From Patescibacteria group bacterium (GTDB lineage: Bacteria > Patescibacteriota > Minisyncoccia > Phycocordibacterales > SBAW01): a stretch of 64,000 nucleotides of DNA. A model generated the notes under the pieces. That model was not told the origin of the DNA. It ran no database searches and saw nothing but the letters and a program-made list of their open reading frames with translations. This document shows, piece after piece, positions 8,608 through 17,839 of this stretch. Location: positions 78,113 through 142,112 of the forward strand of contig JACOWS010000001.1 in assembly GCA_016176685.1 (NCBI GenBank). The letters are read 5' to 3'. Numbering within the stretch: the stretch's first letter is position 1; every line of letters starts with the position of its first letter. The position numbers and the translations under genes are program-made.

Positions 8608-10031
8608 ATACAACAGCTTAGTTTAGAAATATCTTTCGTAAATGAAAGTGCGACAATCTTTATCGCCTCCGATAGAGTAGGAAACATCGGGAGCGAATTG
8701 ACCACATCGTCAATCGTATTTTTGTTTTTTATGAGCATCATCGCCTCGGCAATCAGCTCGCTCGCATTTGGAGCGAGAATATGAACGCCTAAGATTTGTT
8801 TTGTGTGCGGATGGATCGCCATTTTTATCATTCCCTCGGTGCGATGAGTAATGATCGCTTTCGGTACATCGGCAAGCGAAACGGTGCGGCAGGCGCACAC
8901 CCCCATTTGCTTCATCTGCTCGTCCTCGGTGAAGCCGACACCGGCGAGTTGTGGGTCGGTAAAAATAGCGTAAGGGACAGTGTGATAGTCAATAAACAAT
9001 TGCGCGTCTTTGAGGGCGTTTTCAGCGGCGAGCGTGCCCTCGCGTCCGGCGGTTGACTCCAGCCGCAAGGGTCCGCTCGTAACATCGCCGACCGCAAAAA
9101 TATTTTTGTTGGAAGTTTGAAAATTTTGATTAACGATAACCGCCTGCCGCTTATCTACTTCAACGCCGGCCAAATCAAGTCCCAGTCCTTGCGTGTTGGG
9201 TGTTTTGCCCGCCGCCAAAAGTATTTCATCTCCCGATACTTCTTCCGATTTTCCATTTACGAGATACGAGATTATCTTTTTATCGTTTTCTTTTCGCGCG
9301 CTTTTCACCTCGACATTGGTCTTGATGGTAATTCCTTCTTTTGACAACACTTCGGCGAGTCGGTCGGTGAGCGTTTTTTCAGAGTGCGGAAAAATTGAAT
9401 CGCCGCGTTGTAAAATAGTTACCTTTGTGCCAAAACGGCTGAACATTTGGGCAAATTCCAAGCCAAGCGGGCCCGCGCCGATGATAACCAATTCTTTCGG
9501 CTGACGCGGAAGGCGCAGTGCCTCAATATGCGAGACAAATCCTACTTCTTTAATTCCTTCAATCTCCGGAACATTGGCGGTCGAGCCGGCAGCGATAATA
9601 AATTTTTCCGCGCTCAACTTTTCGCCGGCTTGCCCCGAGCTTGTCGAGCGGGTCACTTCCACCTCGTTTTCGGAAACAAATGTTGCTTTTCCCTCAACGA
9701 GCGTTACATACTCTAGACTTTTCAGTACCTTCTCGTATTTTTCTTGACGCAATTTGTCCACAAGCGAGAGTTCATCTTGCACGACTTTTTGAAAATCAAA
9801 ACTTTTTACTTCAAGCTCAACACCGGCGACGCCGTGATGTTTGGCGTGGTGCAAAATTTCTCCGGCCCAGAGAAGCGTCTTTGACGGTACGCACCCGACA
9901 TTGACGCAAGTGCCGCCGAGCGGAAGCCCGTCATTGATGATCGCCGTTTTCGCCTTCAGTTCGTTGGCACGGATAGCGGAGGCAAATGCGCCTGCGCCGC
10001 CGCCGATGATGATTAGGTTAAATTCTTGCAT
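8604..10031 (-). CDS. merA: Mercuric reductase-like flavoprotein lacking the N-terminal NmerA domain
   Basis: GGTCVNVGCVPSK; C-terminal KLSCCI vicinal Cys pair; FPTLSEA. Confidence 0.85.
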   Translation of the reverse strand: MQEFNLIIIGGGAGAFASAIRANELKAKTAIINDGLPLGGTCVNVGCVPSKTLLWAGEILHHAKHHGVAGVELEVKSFDFQKVVQDELSLVDKLRQEKYEKVLKSLEYVTLVEGKATFVSENEVEVTRSTSSGQAGEKLSAEKFIIAAGSTANVPEIEGIKEVGFVSHIEALRLPRQPKELVIIGAGPLGLEFAQMFSRFGTKVTILQRGDSIFPHSEKTLTDRLAEVLSKEGITIKTNVEVKSARKENDKKIISYLVNGKSEEVSGDEILLAAGKTPNTQGLGLDLAGVEVDKRQAVIVNQNFQTSNKNIFAVGDVTSGPLRLESTAGREGTLAAENALKDAQLFIDYHTVPYAIFTDPQLAGVGFTEDEQMKQMGVCACRTVSLADVPKAIITHRTEGMIKMAIHPHTKQILGVHILAPNASELIAEAMMLIKNKNTIDDVVNSLPMFPTLSEAIKIVALSFTKDISKLSCCI

Positions 10032-10090
10032 AAAGTTATGCGGGAAGACGCTCCTTGAGCATATCAGCAACGGCGGAAAATGTATATTGA

Positions 10091-10849
10091 TTAAAGGTAA
10101 TCCAACAGACAGTCATAATTTATAAATTGGAATAATTGATAGCCGTAGGAGATAAGCAGTCCGATTTTCCCGGAGACCAAAAGTATGCCGAGGAACACCA
10201 GGAAGATACCGCCGATAATTGAAATAGCGTTAAGATATTTAGAAATATTTTTGATGTAGCGGGAAGCCGAACCGATGCCAATGGCAATGAGCAAAAACGG
10301 AATTGCCAAACCGGCGGAAAAAACGGTAAGCAGCAGTCCGCCCTGCAGGGCGCTGCCGGAGGTAGACGCTAAAAGTAAAACGGAGCCCAATATCGGCCCA
10401 ACACACGGAGTCCAACCGAAAGAGAAAGCCGATCCGAGGATAAAAGAGTTTATCGGTTTTCCCTGCTTAAAAAGAGCCGGGACTTTCAACTGCTTTTCTC
10501 GCATTAAAAACGGAATTTTCAACACATTCAACATGAACAGCCCGAAGATGATGACAAAAACTCCCCCAATTCTCCCAAGCCACAATCGATACGGGGCGAG
10601 AAACGAGGCCGCGATAAAGCCAACGAGCGTTCCCATAATAATAAAGACTGCACTGAACCCAAGCATAAAGAAGAGACCATTGAGTAAAATTTTCCAGCGC
10701 GCGCGCTTCGCCTTTTCCGGGTCTTTAAGGTCATCCAAGGACGCTCCGCTGATAAACCCTAAATAGCCGGGCACCAACGGGAGAGTGCAGGGCGCCAAAA
10801 AAGTGAGCATACCAGCGATAAAGGCGGGGATGATAAGTGATAAGTCCAT
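10091..10849 (-). CDS. ccdA: CcdA/DsbD transmembrane electron transporter
   Basis: FLAPCTLPLVPGY and WTPCVGPILG motifs. Confidence 0.92.
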   Translation of the reverse strand: MDLSLIIPAFIAGMLTFLAPCTLPLVPGYLGFISGASLDDLKDPEKAKRARWKILLNGLFFMLGFSAVFIIMGTLVGFIAASFLAPYRLWLGRIGGVFVIIFGLFMLNVLKIPFLMREKQLKVPALFKQGKPINSFILGSAFSFGWTPCVGPILGSVLLLASTSGSALQGGLLLTVFSAGLAIPFLLIAIGIGSASRYIKNISKYLNAISIIGGIFLVFLGILLVSGKIGLLISYGYQLFQFINYDCLLDYL

Positions 10850-10864
10850 AATTATTTATCTAAT

Positions 10865-11398
10865 TTATGATGATATTAATTTCTGAATCTTTTGGCGAAT
10901 TTCGTTGATATCCATCGGCCCTCGCTTATGCTCTGCAATGGCGCCGTTCCTGTCAACAAAAATCGTTTCGGGCATTGAAAAACCGCTGATGGCCTGATAA
11001 AACGAATCGCCTTGGTCAAGAAGAAAAATCAAATCATTGCTCGTGCCTTGCATATCGGTGTAACCTTTTGCCACTGCTAGGCTCTCTTGCCTGTTTATCG
11101 CGATAATAACAACTTTGTCGCCGAATTCTTTTTGCGCCGTTACGAAATCCGGAAGTTCTTTTCTGCAAAAAGGGCACCACGCCGCCCAAGCATTGATCAC
11201 CAACGGTTTGCCCGAAAAATCGGCAAGGGTTACTGTTTTTCCATTATAATCTTTCAAGGCAAGATTTTTAATGGATGAATCCAGGCTCACGATGCTTACA
11301 TCGGCGGGTTGACTTGAACTACCGCGCTGGAGAACTATAACGATCACTCCCAAAACAACCGCGACGATCGCAATAGAAATAATTATTTTTGCGTTCAT
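10865..11398 (-). CDS. TlpA/ResA-family membrane-anchored thioredoxin
   Basis: N-terminal anchor, WAAWCPFCRKELP, MPETIFVD. Confidence 0.9.
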   Translation of the reverse strand: MNAKIIISIAIVAVVLGVIVIVLQRGSSSQPADVSIVSLDSSIKNLALKDYNGKTVTLADFSGKPLVINAWAAWCPFCRKELPDFVTAQKEFGDKVVIIAINRQESLAVAKGYTDMQGTSNDLIFLLDQGDSFYQAISGFSMPETIFVDRNGAIAEHKRGPMDINEIRQKIQKLISS

Positions 11399-11423
11399 AG
11401 ATTTTAGAATAGATTATTACAAT

Positions 11424-12452
11424 TCATTGTAATAATTCCGTGTCGGGATGCGCGGCAACCCAGGAAAACCAGAACGAGCCGAACGGATTGATGCGCTCAC
11501 GCGTCCCATCGGCTTTCTTTTCATAGAGGCGAATAGCGTCAATGTCTTTCTCATATTCCGCGATAATTATTTTGCCTTGAAAAGAATCTTCAACTACTCC
11601 AATTTTCTTGACCGCCGTCGGCCAATATGCCTTGGCTTTACCGTCCACCACTATTCCCAAAACAAACTCTTTTTCACTCAGCCGATTATCTTTTTTATCG
11701 ACCGGGAAAAAAGTGCCGGGTGAAGTATAGTAGTCCCCATACGGGTCTTGTCCGTAAAATCTTGCCGCTCCGGTGTCTTGCGAAAGCACCTCGCCATTCG
11801 GATGAAGTTTCCGCCAATCCCCGAATCGAATCTGGTCTGACGGCAAGACTTCAAGCCGCGTTCCGGTCTTTTCTCCAACGATTGCTTCGCCTAAAATCTG
11901 CGACCACAACGAATCGGTTTTGCGGTCATACATTACCAAGTTGGAATTCCAAAGCTTGCCGGATGTGCCGAATTCCACTCGTTCTCCGTCCACCATTGGG
12001 GCAAAAACAATTCCCGACAAACACAGCGGGCAGTAGGTAACGAGCACTCGCCGGCCGTTAATAGTATCGTTGACGATTTCGTGCCACACCAAAATTTGAA
12101 ATGGATAAAAACGGCTCACGTTGTCCATTTCAAGCGCCAGACCGGGCTCGGTGTCTTGCAACTGCTTGCTCGCCTCACTGATAGAAATAAATTTTGGACG
12201 GTCAATGGAGGGAATGCCGTCTTTTGCGGGACCGCCGCCCAGGATAGAATCCAAGGGAACACTATGTTTTACTCCGTTTGTAACCATAATTTCTTTATTT
12301 ACTTCACCGCCGTTGTCTAGAATCGTGATTGTTTCTTCTTTGGCTTCTCCACCTTTCGGCAAAGAAAAATCGTCTCTTATAAATCGCTGCCACAATATAA
12401 CGGCAATCGTCGCGATAAAAATAACTATAATTATTGCGCTACTTTTTTTCAT
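11424..12452 (-). CDS. DUF3179 family redox-associated protein
   Basis: DGIPSID, WHEIVND, TYCPLC, NLVMYDR.T.SLW and FWFSW motifs. Confidence 0.88.
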   Translation of the reverse strand: MKKSSAIIIVIFIATIAVILWQRFIRDDFSLPKGGEAKEETITILDNGGEVNKEIMVTNGVKHSVPLDSILGGGPAKDGIPSIDRPKFISISEASKQLQDTEPGLALEMDNVSRFYPFQILVWHEIVNDTINGRRVLVTYCPLCLSGIVFAPMVDGERVEFGTSGKLWNSNLVMYDRKTDSLWSQILGEAIVGEKTGTRLEVLPSDQIRFGDWRKLHPNGEVLSQDTGAARFYGQDPYGDYYTSPGTFFPVDKKDNRLSEKEFVLGIVVDGKAKAYWPTAVKKIGVVEDSFQGKIIIAEYEKDIDAIRLYEKKADGTRERINPFGSFWFSWVAAHPDTELLQ

Positions 12453-12654
12453 GGATTTTTTCCCAAAGTTCTAACCCTCTTCGGAACAGTCTCCAGTCTT
12501 TGCCAAGACATTTTAAGCAACTCCCAAAACGTTCGCCCGCTTTTAAATATTGTTTATTACCGCAGGGCACGCATATATAAAGACCGTCCTCAGGTACCGT
12601 TGCCCCTACTTTATACGTATCTGCTTGATTTTGTTTTCTTGAAAATAATTTCAT
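12439..12654 (-). CDS. Small zinc-ribbon protein
   Basis: G..VPEDGLYICVPCG and CLKC. Confidence 0.7.
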   Translation of the reverse strand: MKLFSRKQNQADTYKVGATVPEDGLYICVPCGNKQYLKAGERFGSCLKCLGKDWRLFRRGLELWEKIHEKK

Positions 12655-12666
12655 TGATGTATAGGT

Positions 12667-13173
12667 TTAATTGATAAGCGAGGTAATATCTGATTCCTGG
12701 ATATCTCCGGGAATAGTACGAACAAGGTTACCGTTTATATCTATCAGAAGATGGGTATTGGTGTACTGAATGCCGAAAGCGCGCGAGATGCGGCCGCTAG
12801 GATCAAGCGCGATGGGGAACGTAATGCCTTTTGTTGCGATAAATTTTTCTATGGTTGACTCTGATTCCTGAAGATTAACCCCGACAACCTCCACCTTATC
12901 CTTGTATTTTTCATAAAAACGATTAAGGTTCGGCATATCGCGGCGGCAGTTTGGACACCACGAAGCCCAAAAATCAACCACGACTGGTTTCTTTCCCCTA
13001 AACTCCGCGAGTGTTATCGTGCCACCACCCAACTTCTGTAGCGTAAAATCCGAAACGGCGGCAGTATGCACTGAAGCGGTACCGGGAGTGGCATTGCTAC
13101 TGGAGAATTTGCCGAACACCAAAAGACCTACCACAACCACCACTACGCCCACGATAAGAAATTTTGTACTCAT
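12667..13173 (-). CDS. TlpA-family thioredoxin-like protein
   Basis: FWASWCPNC; N-terminal anchor. Confidence 0.9.
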   Translation of the reverse strand: MSTKFLIVGVVVVVVGLLVFGKFSSSNATPGTASVHTAAVSDFTLQKLGGGTITLAEFRGKKPVVVDFWASWCPNCRRDMPNLNRFYEKYKDKVEVVGVNLQESESTIEKFIATKGITFPIALDPSGRISRAFGIQYTNTHLLIDINGNLVRTIPGDIQESDITSLIN

Positions 13174-13184
13174 ATGCTTGGACT

Positions 13185-13421
13185 TTACGTAATCCCCAAA
13201 AGCTTTCGAAGTTTTGGCTCGTCAAAACCCGTTACCATCTCATTATCGACCAAAATGACCGGTACGCCCATTTGGCCACTTTTTTGAATCATTTCATCAC
13301 GTCTCGCAGAATCTTCCGAAACGTCATAGTCAGTGAACGCAATAGTGTGTTCCTTGAAAAATTCTTTAGTCGCATGACAGAAGTGACACGTTGGCGTTGA
13401 ATACATAATTACGTTTTTCAT
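13185..13421 (-). CDS. Glutaredoxin/NrdH-like protein
   Basis: YSTPTCHFC, GQMGVPVI, GFD. Confidence 0.92.
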   Translation of the reverse strand: MKNVIMYSTPTCHFCHATKEFFKEHTIAFTDYDVSEDSARRDEMIQKSGQMGVPVILVDNEMVTGFDEPKLRKLLGIT

Positions 13422-13466
13422 AGTGTTTTTAAGTTATTTTTTAATTACATTACTTTGATAATTCTT

Positions 13467-14057
13467 TTACTCACGGGCCTTTTTCAATGCTCGTGCCCAC
13501 CACAAAAGCTGGGTGATCATGGTTTCTGCTTTCTTTGACTGCGAAGCAAATAGGTCTTTAGCTTCCGTCTTGCCGAATACCACTGGAAAATACTGTTCAC
13601 CCGGAATGTGTACGGCCGCTCGGATAGGTGCCATTTGAAGCTCGATGGCATTCATGCGCAACTGTTCAATGGCGCGCGCACCTCCGGCGCTACCATAACT
13701 CACAAAGGCAACCGTCTTGTTATTCCATTCCGGATACACCCAATCCAGCGCGTTTTTTAGCACGCCGGATGTTCCGTGGTTGTATTCGGGCGTGACGATG
13801 ACAAAAGCATCGCCTTCTTCTATTTTTTTGGTAAAACGCGCGACCGCTTCGTTTTTATATGGTTCTTGTTTGAATGACGGACTTACTGCTTCATTAAAAA
13901 ATGGCATTTCGTAGTCGCGCAAGTCAAGCACTTCAACCACGACCCCTTCCTGTTTCCCGATTTCTTCGGCAATCCACAGAGCAGCCTTGTCACTAAATCG
14001 ACCCTCACGAGTGCTACCGGCAATTACTTTAATAGTAAGTGATGCGTTGTTTTTCAT
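13467..14057 (-). CDS. NAD(P)H-dependent FMN reductase
   Basis: GSTREGR, TPEYNHG..GVLKNALD, SYGSAGG. Confidence 0.92.
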   Translation of the reverse strand: MKNNASLTIKVIAGSTREGRFSDKAALWIAEEIGKQEGVVVEVLDLRDYEMPFFNEAVSPSFKQEPYKNEAVARFTKKIEEGDAFVIVTPEYNHGTSGVLKNALDWVYPEWNNKTVAFVSYGSAGGARAIEQLRMNAIELQMAPIRAAVHIPGEQYFPVVFGKTEAKDLFASQSKKAETMITQLLWWARALKKARE

Positions 14058-14064
14058 ATTACTT

Positions 14065-14373
14065 TTACATTACACTGATAATCTTCTTAATTTTTGGGTC
14101 CTCTATCTTTGGCCTGTAGCACATCATCTGCCCCATCTTTTCGCCCTCGATCATTCTCGACATCTCAAGTATCCGCAGGTGTTGCGATACTGCCGATACT
14201 GAAATATCCAGGACATTGGCAAGGTCGGTGACACACAATTCCCCTTGTTCGATAAGAAGTTTTATAATAAGAAAGCGATTCTGGTCTCCAAGCAAACCAA
14301 ACACATCGACCAAAGAAGTGCTTTGTGCCTTAAGGGTTTCCTTAATTTTTGATATTTGCGCTGGTTCTAACAT
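14065..14373 (-). CDS. ArsR/SmtB family transcriptional repressor
   Basis: LGDQNRFLI, ELCVTDLA, SAVSQHLRIL winged HTH. Confidence 0.92.
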   Translation of the reverse strand: MLEPAQISKIKETLKAQSTSLVDVFGLLGDQNRFLIIKLLIEQGELCVTDLANVLDISVSAVSQHLRILEMSRMIEGEKMGQMMCYRPKIEDPKIKKIISVM

Positions 14374-14428
14374 ATTTAAGTATTTGCGTTAATGCTTAAA
14401 TATTACTCCCACCCATAACAATAGTCAA
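14372..14428 (-). promoter_or_regulatory. Promoter with overlapping ArsR-type operator
   Basis: Minus-strand TTGACT(14428-14423)-17nt-TAATAT(14405-14400); 13-6-13 inverted repeat atatttaagtatt/aatgcttaaatat (14372-14403, one mismatch). Confidence 0.75.
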
Positions 14429-14473
14429 ATCCATCATGTGGATAACCGAACCGTACCATTCGCTTCGCTACTA

Positions 14474-14545
14474 TCCTCTCGGCAGGAATCGAACCTGCAT
14501 CGCCTCCTTCGGAGGGAGGTATCTTATCCATTAGACTACGAGAGG
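14474..14545 (-). tRNA. tRNA-Arg(CCG), CCA not encoded
   Basis: Cloverleaf: cctctcg acceptor, cctcc-CTCCGAA-ggagg anticodon arm, GGTTCGATTCC T-arm. Confidence 0.93.
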
Positions 14546-14585
14546 TCTCTGCGTAAGAGTACCTACGCCTTGAGTCAGCCCACAG

Positions 14586-14825
14586 CTAGGCAAGCATCCG
14601 CGCTACCTTGGCCTTGCGGCGGGCGGCGGTGTTCTTCTTTATGATGCCTCGCTTCTGCGCTTTGTCTATCGCTTTGTAGGCAGCGGCGAGCGCCGCTGTG
14701 TCGCCCTGCTTTGCGCTGCGCGCCGCTTTGAGCGCGGCGCGCAGCGCGTCTTTGCGCGCATCATTAAACACCTTGCGGCGCAAACTTTGGCGGTAGGCTT
14801 TTTTAGCTGACGATGTAATTGCCAT
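14586..14825 (-). CDS. rpsT: 30S ribosomal protein S20
   Basis: SAKKAYRQS..RK.FN, IDKA..GIIKKNTAARRK. Confidence 0.95.
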   Translation of the reverse strand: MAITSSAKKAYRQSLRRKVFNDARKDALRAALKAARSAKQGDTAALAAAYKAIDKAQKRGIIKKNTAARRKAKVARMLA

Positions 14826-14901
14826 GAGCCCATACAGTACCCCATAAAGATGCCGAGGGCAAGAAAGTGACGTTTTGCGCAGGACAACCTATAGTGGAGG
14901 G

Positions 14902-15489
14902 ATGATAGGCAAGCTCACCGGGATATTCTGCGGCACCACCCCCGAGGGGGCTGCCATTGTAGAGGTGGGCGGAGTTGGCTACGCGGTGCGGGTGCCGCTT
15001 GCGACGCTGAACAGTATGCACGCAGACCGCAAAACCTTTTCTCTTTTTATACATACCGCGGTGCGCGAAGACGCGATAGACCTCTATGGCTTCCCCACCG
15101 AAGAGGAGTTGGCATTTTTTAAAGAGCTCTTGGGAGTGTCGTCCATCGGCCCCAAAACGGCGCTCGGCATACTCAACATAGCCGACGTCGCGACATTAAA
15201 GCGCGGCATCGCCGCGGGCGATGCCGCCATACTTACCAAAGTGTACGGCATCGGCAAAAAAAGCGCGGAGCGCATTGTGGTGGAATTGCGCGACAAGCTC
15301 GCGAACGAAAGCAGGGCCCGCGGCGAAAAGGTTGGCACGAGCGAAGATGCCGAGGTCATAGAGGCCTTATTGGCGCTTGGTTACGGCGCGGCCGAAAGCC
15401 GCCAGGCGCTAAAAAAAGTCGATCAAGAGCTTGTCGGGGTGCGCGAGCGCCTTTCGGCGACGCTCAAAAAGCTCGGCTCGGCCTCATAG
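14902..15489 (+). CDS. ruvA: Holliday junction branch migration protein RuvA
   Basis: MIGKLTG, GGVGY, VRED..LYGF, GIGKKSAERIVVELRDK. Confidence 0.96.
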   Translation: MIGKLTGIFCGTTPEGAAIVEVGGVGYAVRVPLATLNSMHADRKTFSLFIHTAVREDAIDLYGFPTEEELAFFKELLGVSSIGPKTALGILNIADVATLKRGIAAGDAAILTKVYGIGKKSAERIVVELRDKLANESRARGEKVGTSEDAEVIEALLALGYGAAESRQALKKVDQELVGVRERLSATLKKLGSAS

Positions 15490-15494
15490 GCGAT

Positions 15495-16781
15495 ATGCTG
15501 AAAGAACTGGTAAAAAAACTCATACCGACCCCGCTACTGGAGCGATACCACTACGCACTCGCGGTGTTGGGGACACTCGTGTATCGCAACCCGTCGCACA
15601 AACTGATGGTCATAGCGGTCACCGGCACCAAGGGCAAGTCAACGGTGGTTGAGCTTATCCGGGCGATATTTACCGAGGCCGGCTACACCGTGGCAGTGGC
15701 AAACACTATCCGATTTGCCATAGGGGGCGAGAGCGAGCCGAACCTTTTTAAAATGACCATGCCGGGGCGCTTTTACTTGCAAAAGTTTTTACACAAGGCG
15801 GTTGCGGCAGGCGCCACGCATGCGGTTATAGAAATGACCTCGGAGGGGGCGCGCCAACATCGGCATGTCGGCATAGAGCTCGACGCACTGGTGTTTTTGA
15901 ACCTGCAACGCGAGCATATAGAGTCGCACGGCAGCATGGAGCAGTATGCGGAGGCAAAATTATCCTTGGCGCGGCATCTTGAGACCTCTAGCAAGCGGCC
16001 GCGGTTTATTATCGCCAATGCCGACGACCCCTCTGCCAAACGTTTTCTGGAAGCAGAGGTCGAGGTACGCGCACCCTTTTCGCTTAAAGATGCCGAGCCA
16101 TACGCCGTTGACGAGCGAAACGTGCGCTTTGTGTGGCGGCCCACCGCTTCCAGCGGGGCCCCGCCAACGGCGGTGGGCGGCGAGCTGTTTGCGGTGCCAT
16201 TGCCCGGGCTCTTCAACCTCTACAACATGCTGGCGGCCATAACCCTGGCAAGCGAGCTGGGTATACCCGTGGCAGTTATTAAAAAAGCGCTGGAGCACAT
16301 AGGCCCCATCCCCGGCCGAGCCGAGCGGGTAGAGAAGGGACAGAAGTTTGCGGTCGTGGTTGATTACGCACACACGCCGGACTCTTTGCACGCTTTGTAC
16401 GAAACATATAAAGAGAGTCGCATCATCGCGGTCTTGGGTTCAACCGGCGGCGGCCGCGATACCTGGAAGCGCCCGGAGATGGGCACGTTGGCCGACGAGT
16501 ATGCCGCGGTGGCGATACTTACCAACGAGGACCCGTACGACGAAGACCCGCAAAAAATCGTGCAAGAAATTGCTAAAGGGTTTAGCAAGAAAAAGCCGCA
16601 CATCATACTCAACCGGCGCGCCGCCGTGCGAGAGGCACTGCGCGAGGCCCATGCAGGCGACGCCGTTTTAATAACCGGCAAGGGCACGGACCCCTACATC
16701 ATGGGGCCGCGAGGCGCTAAAGAGCCCTGGAGCGATAAAAAAGTGGTGGAGGAAGAGTTGGCAAAACTGGGGTATCATTAG
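15495..16781 (+). CDS. murE: MurE-type UDP-MurNAc-tripeptide synthetase
   Basis: VTGTKGKST, EMTSEG, VVVDYAHTPD, GKG; contains a palindrome-encoded insert at 16139-16178. Confidence 0.9.
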   Translation: MLKELVKKLIPTPLLERYHYALAVLGTLVYRNPSHKLMVIAVTGTKGKSTVVELIRAIFTEAGYTVAVANTIRFAIGGESEPNLFKMTMPGRFYLQKFLHKAVAAGATHAVIEMTSEGARQHRHVGIELDALVFLNLQREHIESHGSMEQYAEAKLSLARHLETSSKRPRFIIANADDPSAKRFLEAEVEVRAPFSLKDAEPYAVDERNVRFVWRPTASSGAPPTAVGGELFAVPLPGLFNLYNMLAAITLASELGIPVAVIKKALEHIGPIPGRAERVEKGQKFAVVVDYAHTPDSLHALYETYKESRIIAVLGSTGGGRDTWKRPEMGTLADEYAAVAILTNEDPYDEDPQKIVQEIAKGFSKKKPHIILNRRAAVREALREAHAGDAVLITGKGTDPYIMGPRGAKEPWSDKKVVEEELAKLGYH

Positions 16782-16786
16782 CATAT

Positions 16787-17185
16787 ATGTTGAGCGACTT
16801 CCCACAACTTTTGGCGTACGGGTTTTTTGCACCCACGCTCCTGCGCGCGGCGGCGGCGTTTGTGTTTTTTTACCTGGCGTACTACCACTTTAAGCATAAA
16901 GAGCAGATAGCCCACACCCGCTTCCCTGTGGTGGGTGAAGGGGTTTGGATAGCGTGGTTTGCCGTTGCGGTTGAGTTTTCCCTCGCGGCGGCACTGCTTC
17001 TGGGCTGGCATACACAAGTAGCATCGGCGTTTGGTGTCGTTGTGGCATTTAAACAGCTATTTTGGCACGGGAAGTATCCAGGCTTTTTTGTGTTTTCGCG
17101 CTCCACATCATTCCTCCTCTTGGCCGTCTGCGCCTCGCTTTTGGTAAGCGGCGCCGGCGCGCTTGCGCAAGACCTGCCGCTGTAA
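16787..17185 (+). CDS. DoxX-like membrane protein
   Basis: PTLLR, E....LLLGWHTQ and GAGALA.D motifs. Confidence 0.75.
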   Translation: MLSDFPQLLAYGFFAPTLLRAAAAFVFFYLAYYHFKHKEQIAHTRFPVVGEGVWIAWFAVAVEFSLAAALLLGWHTQVASAFGVVVAFKQLFWHGKYPGFFVFSRSTSFLLLAVCASLLVSGAGALAQDLPL

Positions 17186-17191
17186 AACGGA

Positions 17192-17282
17192 TGGGAAATG
17201 CGAGCAGGCCGAAAAAAAGTGAGTAGGACTTGGCCTAGCGGCCCGGAGTGCTCACTTTTTCTGGCCTGTCCGCCCTTTCCAC
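17192..17282. repeat. Long imperfect intergenic hairpin element
   Basis: caggccgaaaaaaagtgag...ctcactttttctggcctg arms around an internal ggcc-tagc-ggcc stem. Confidence 0.6.
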
Positions 17283-17783
17283 ATGATTTTAATTCTCCAC
17301 AACATACGTAGTGTCCATAATGTTGGTTCTATATTCCGCACGGCGGATGCCGCCCTCGGCCGTAGCCATACGGGCGAGGCGGGAGCTTCTAAAATAATTT
17401 TGAGCGGCTACACGCCGGGACCCACCGACCGCTTTGGCTACCCAAGAAAAGACTTCACAAAAGTGTCGCTTGGCGCGGAAAATATGGTGGCTTGGGAACA
17501 AACAAAAACGCTTGGCGCGGCAATAAAAAAACTTAAAAAAGAAAACTGCTACGTGGTTGCTGTCGAGCAGGACAAAAGCGCCACTTCCCTCTTTACCTAC
17601 AAGCCGCCTAAAAATAAAAAACTTGCGCTTGTTTTAGGCAACGAGGTCCGCGGCCTTTCCAAAAGTGCGCTTAACCTGTGCGACGCAATTGTAGAAATCC
17701 CCATGCGCGGCAGCAAGGAGTCTTTAAATGTTTCCGTCGCCGCCGGTGTGGCGATGTTTGCACTGATACATTTGACAACTTAG
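17283..17783 (+). CDS. SpoU/TrmH family RNA methyltransferase
   Basis: HNVGSIFRTAD, LGNEVRGL, IPMRGSKESLNVSVAAG. Confidence 0.92.
   Translation: MILILHNIRSVHNVGSIFRTADAALGRSHTGEAGASKIILSGYTPGPTDRFGYPRKDFTKVSLGAENMVAWEQTKTLGAAIKKLKKENCYVVAVEQDKSATSLFTYKPPKNKKLALVLGNEVRGLSKSALNLCDAIVEIPMRGSKESLNVSVAAGVAMFALIHLTT
17733..17764 (+). repeat. 32-bp direct repeat, copy 1 (3' end of trmH-like gene)
   Basis: tccgtcgccgccggtgtggcgatgtttgcact, identical to 18435-18466. Confidence 0.92.
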
Positions 17784-17799
17784 CATATTACTGTACAAT
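17772..17799 (+). promoter_or_regulatory. Sigma70-like promoter of the inserted cassette
   Basis: TTGACA-16nt-TACAAT; GGAGG RBS before ATG 17840. Confidence 0.7.
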
Positions 17800-17839
17800 A
17801 CTTCATTGGTTGAACATGAACAAACCCTTGGAGGGGGCC

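Noticed and set aside
11424-12452. Selenocysteine recoding in DUF3179 or other redox genes
   Set aside because: CxxC motifs use ordinary Cys codons and no in-frame TGA interrupts these ORFs.
14437-14445. Perfect DnaA box (tgtggataa) near tRNA-Arg as a second origin
   Set aside because: Single isolated box with no cluster; the dnaA-dnaN spacer is the better oriC candidate.
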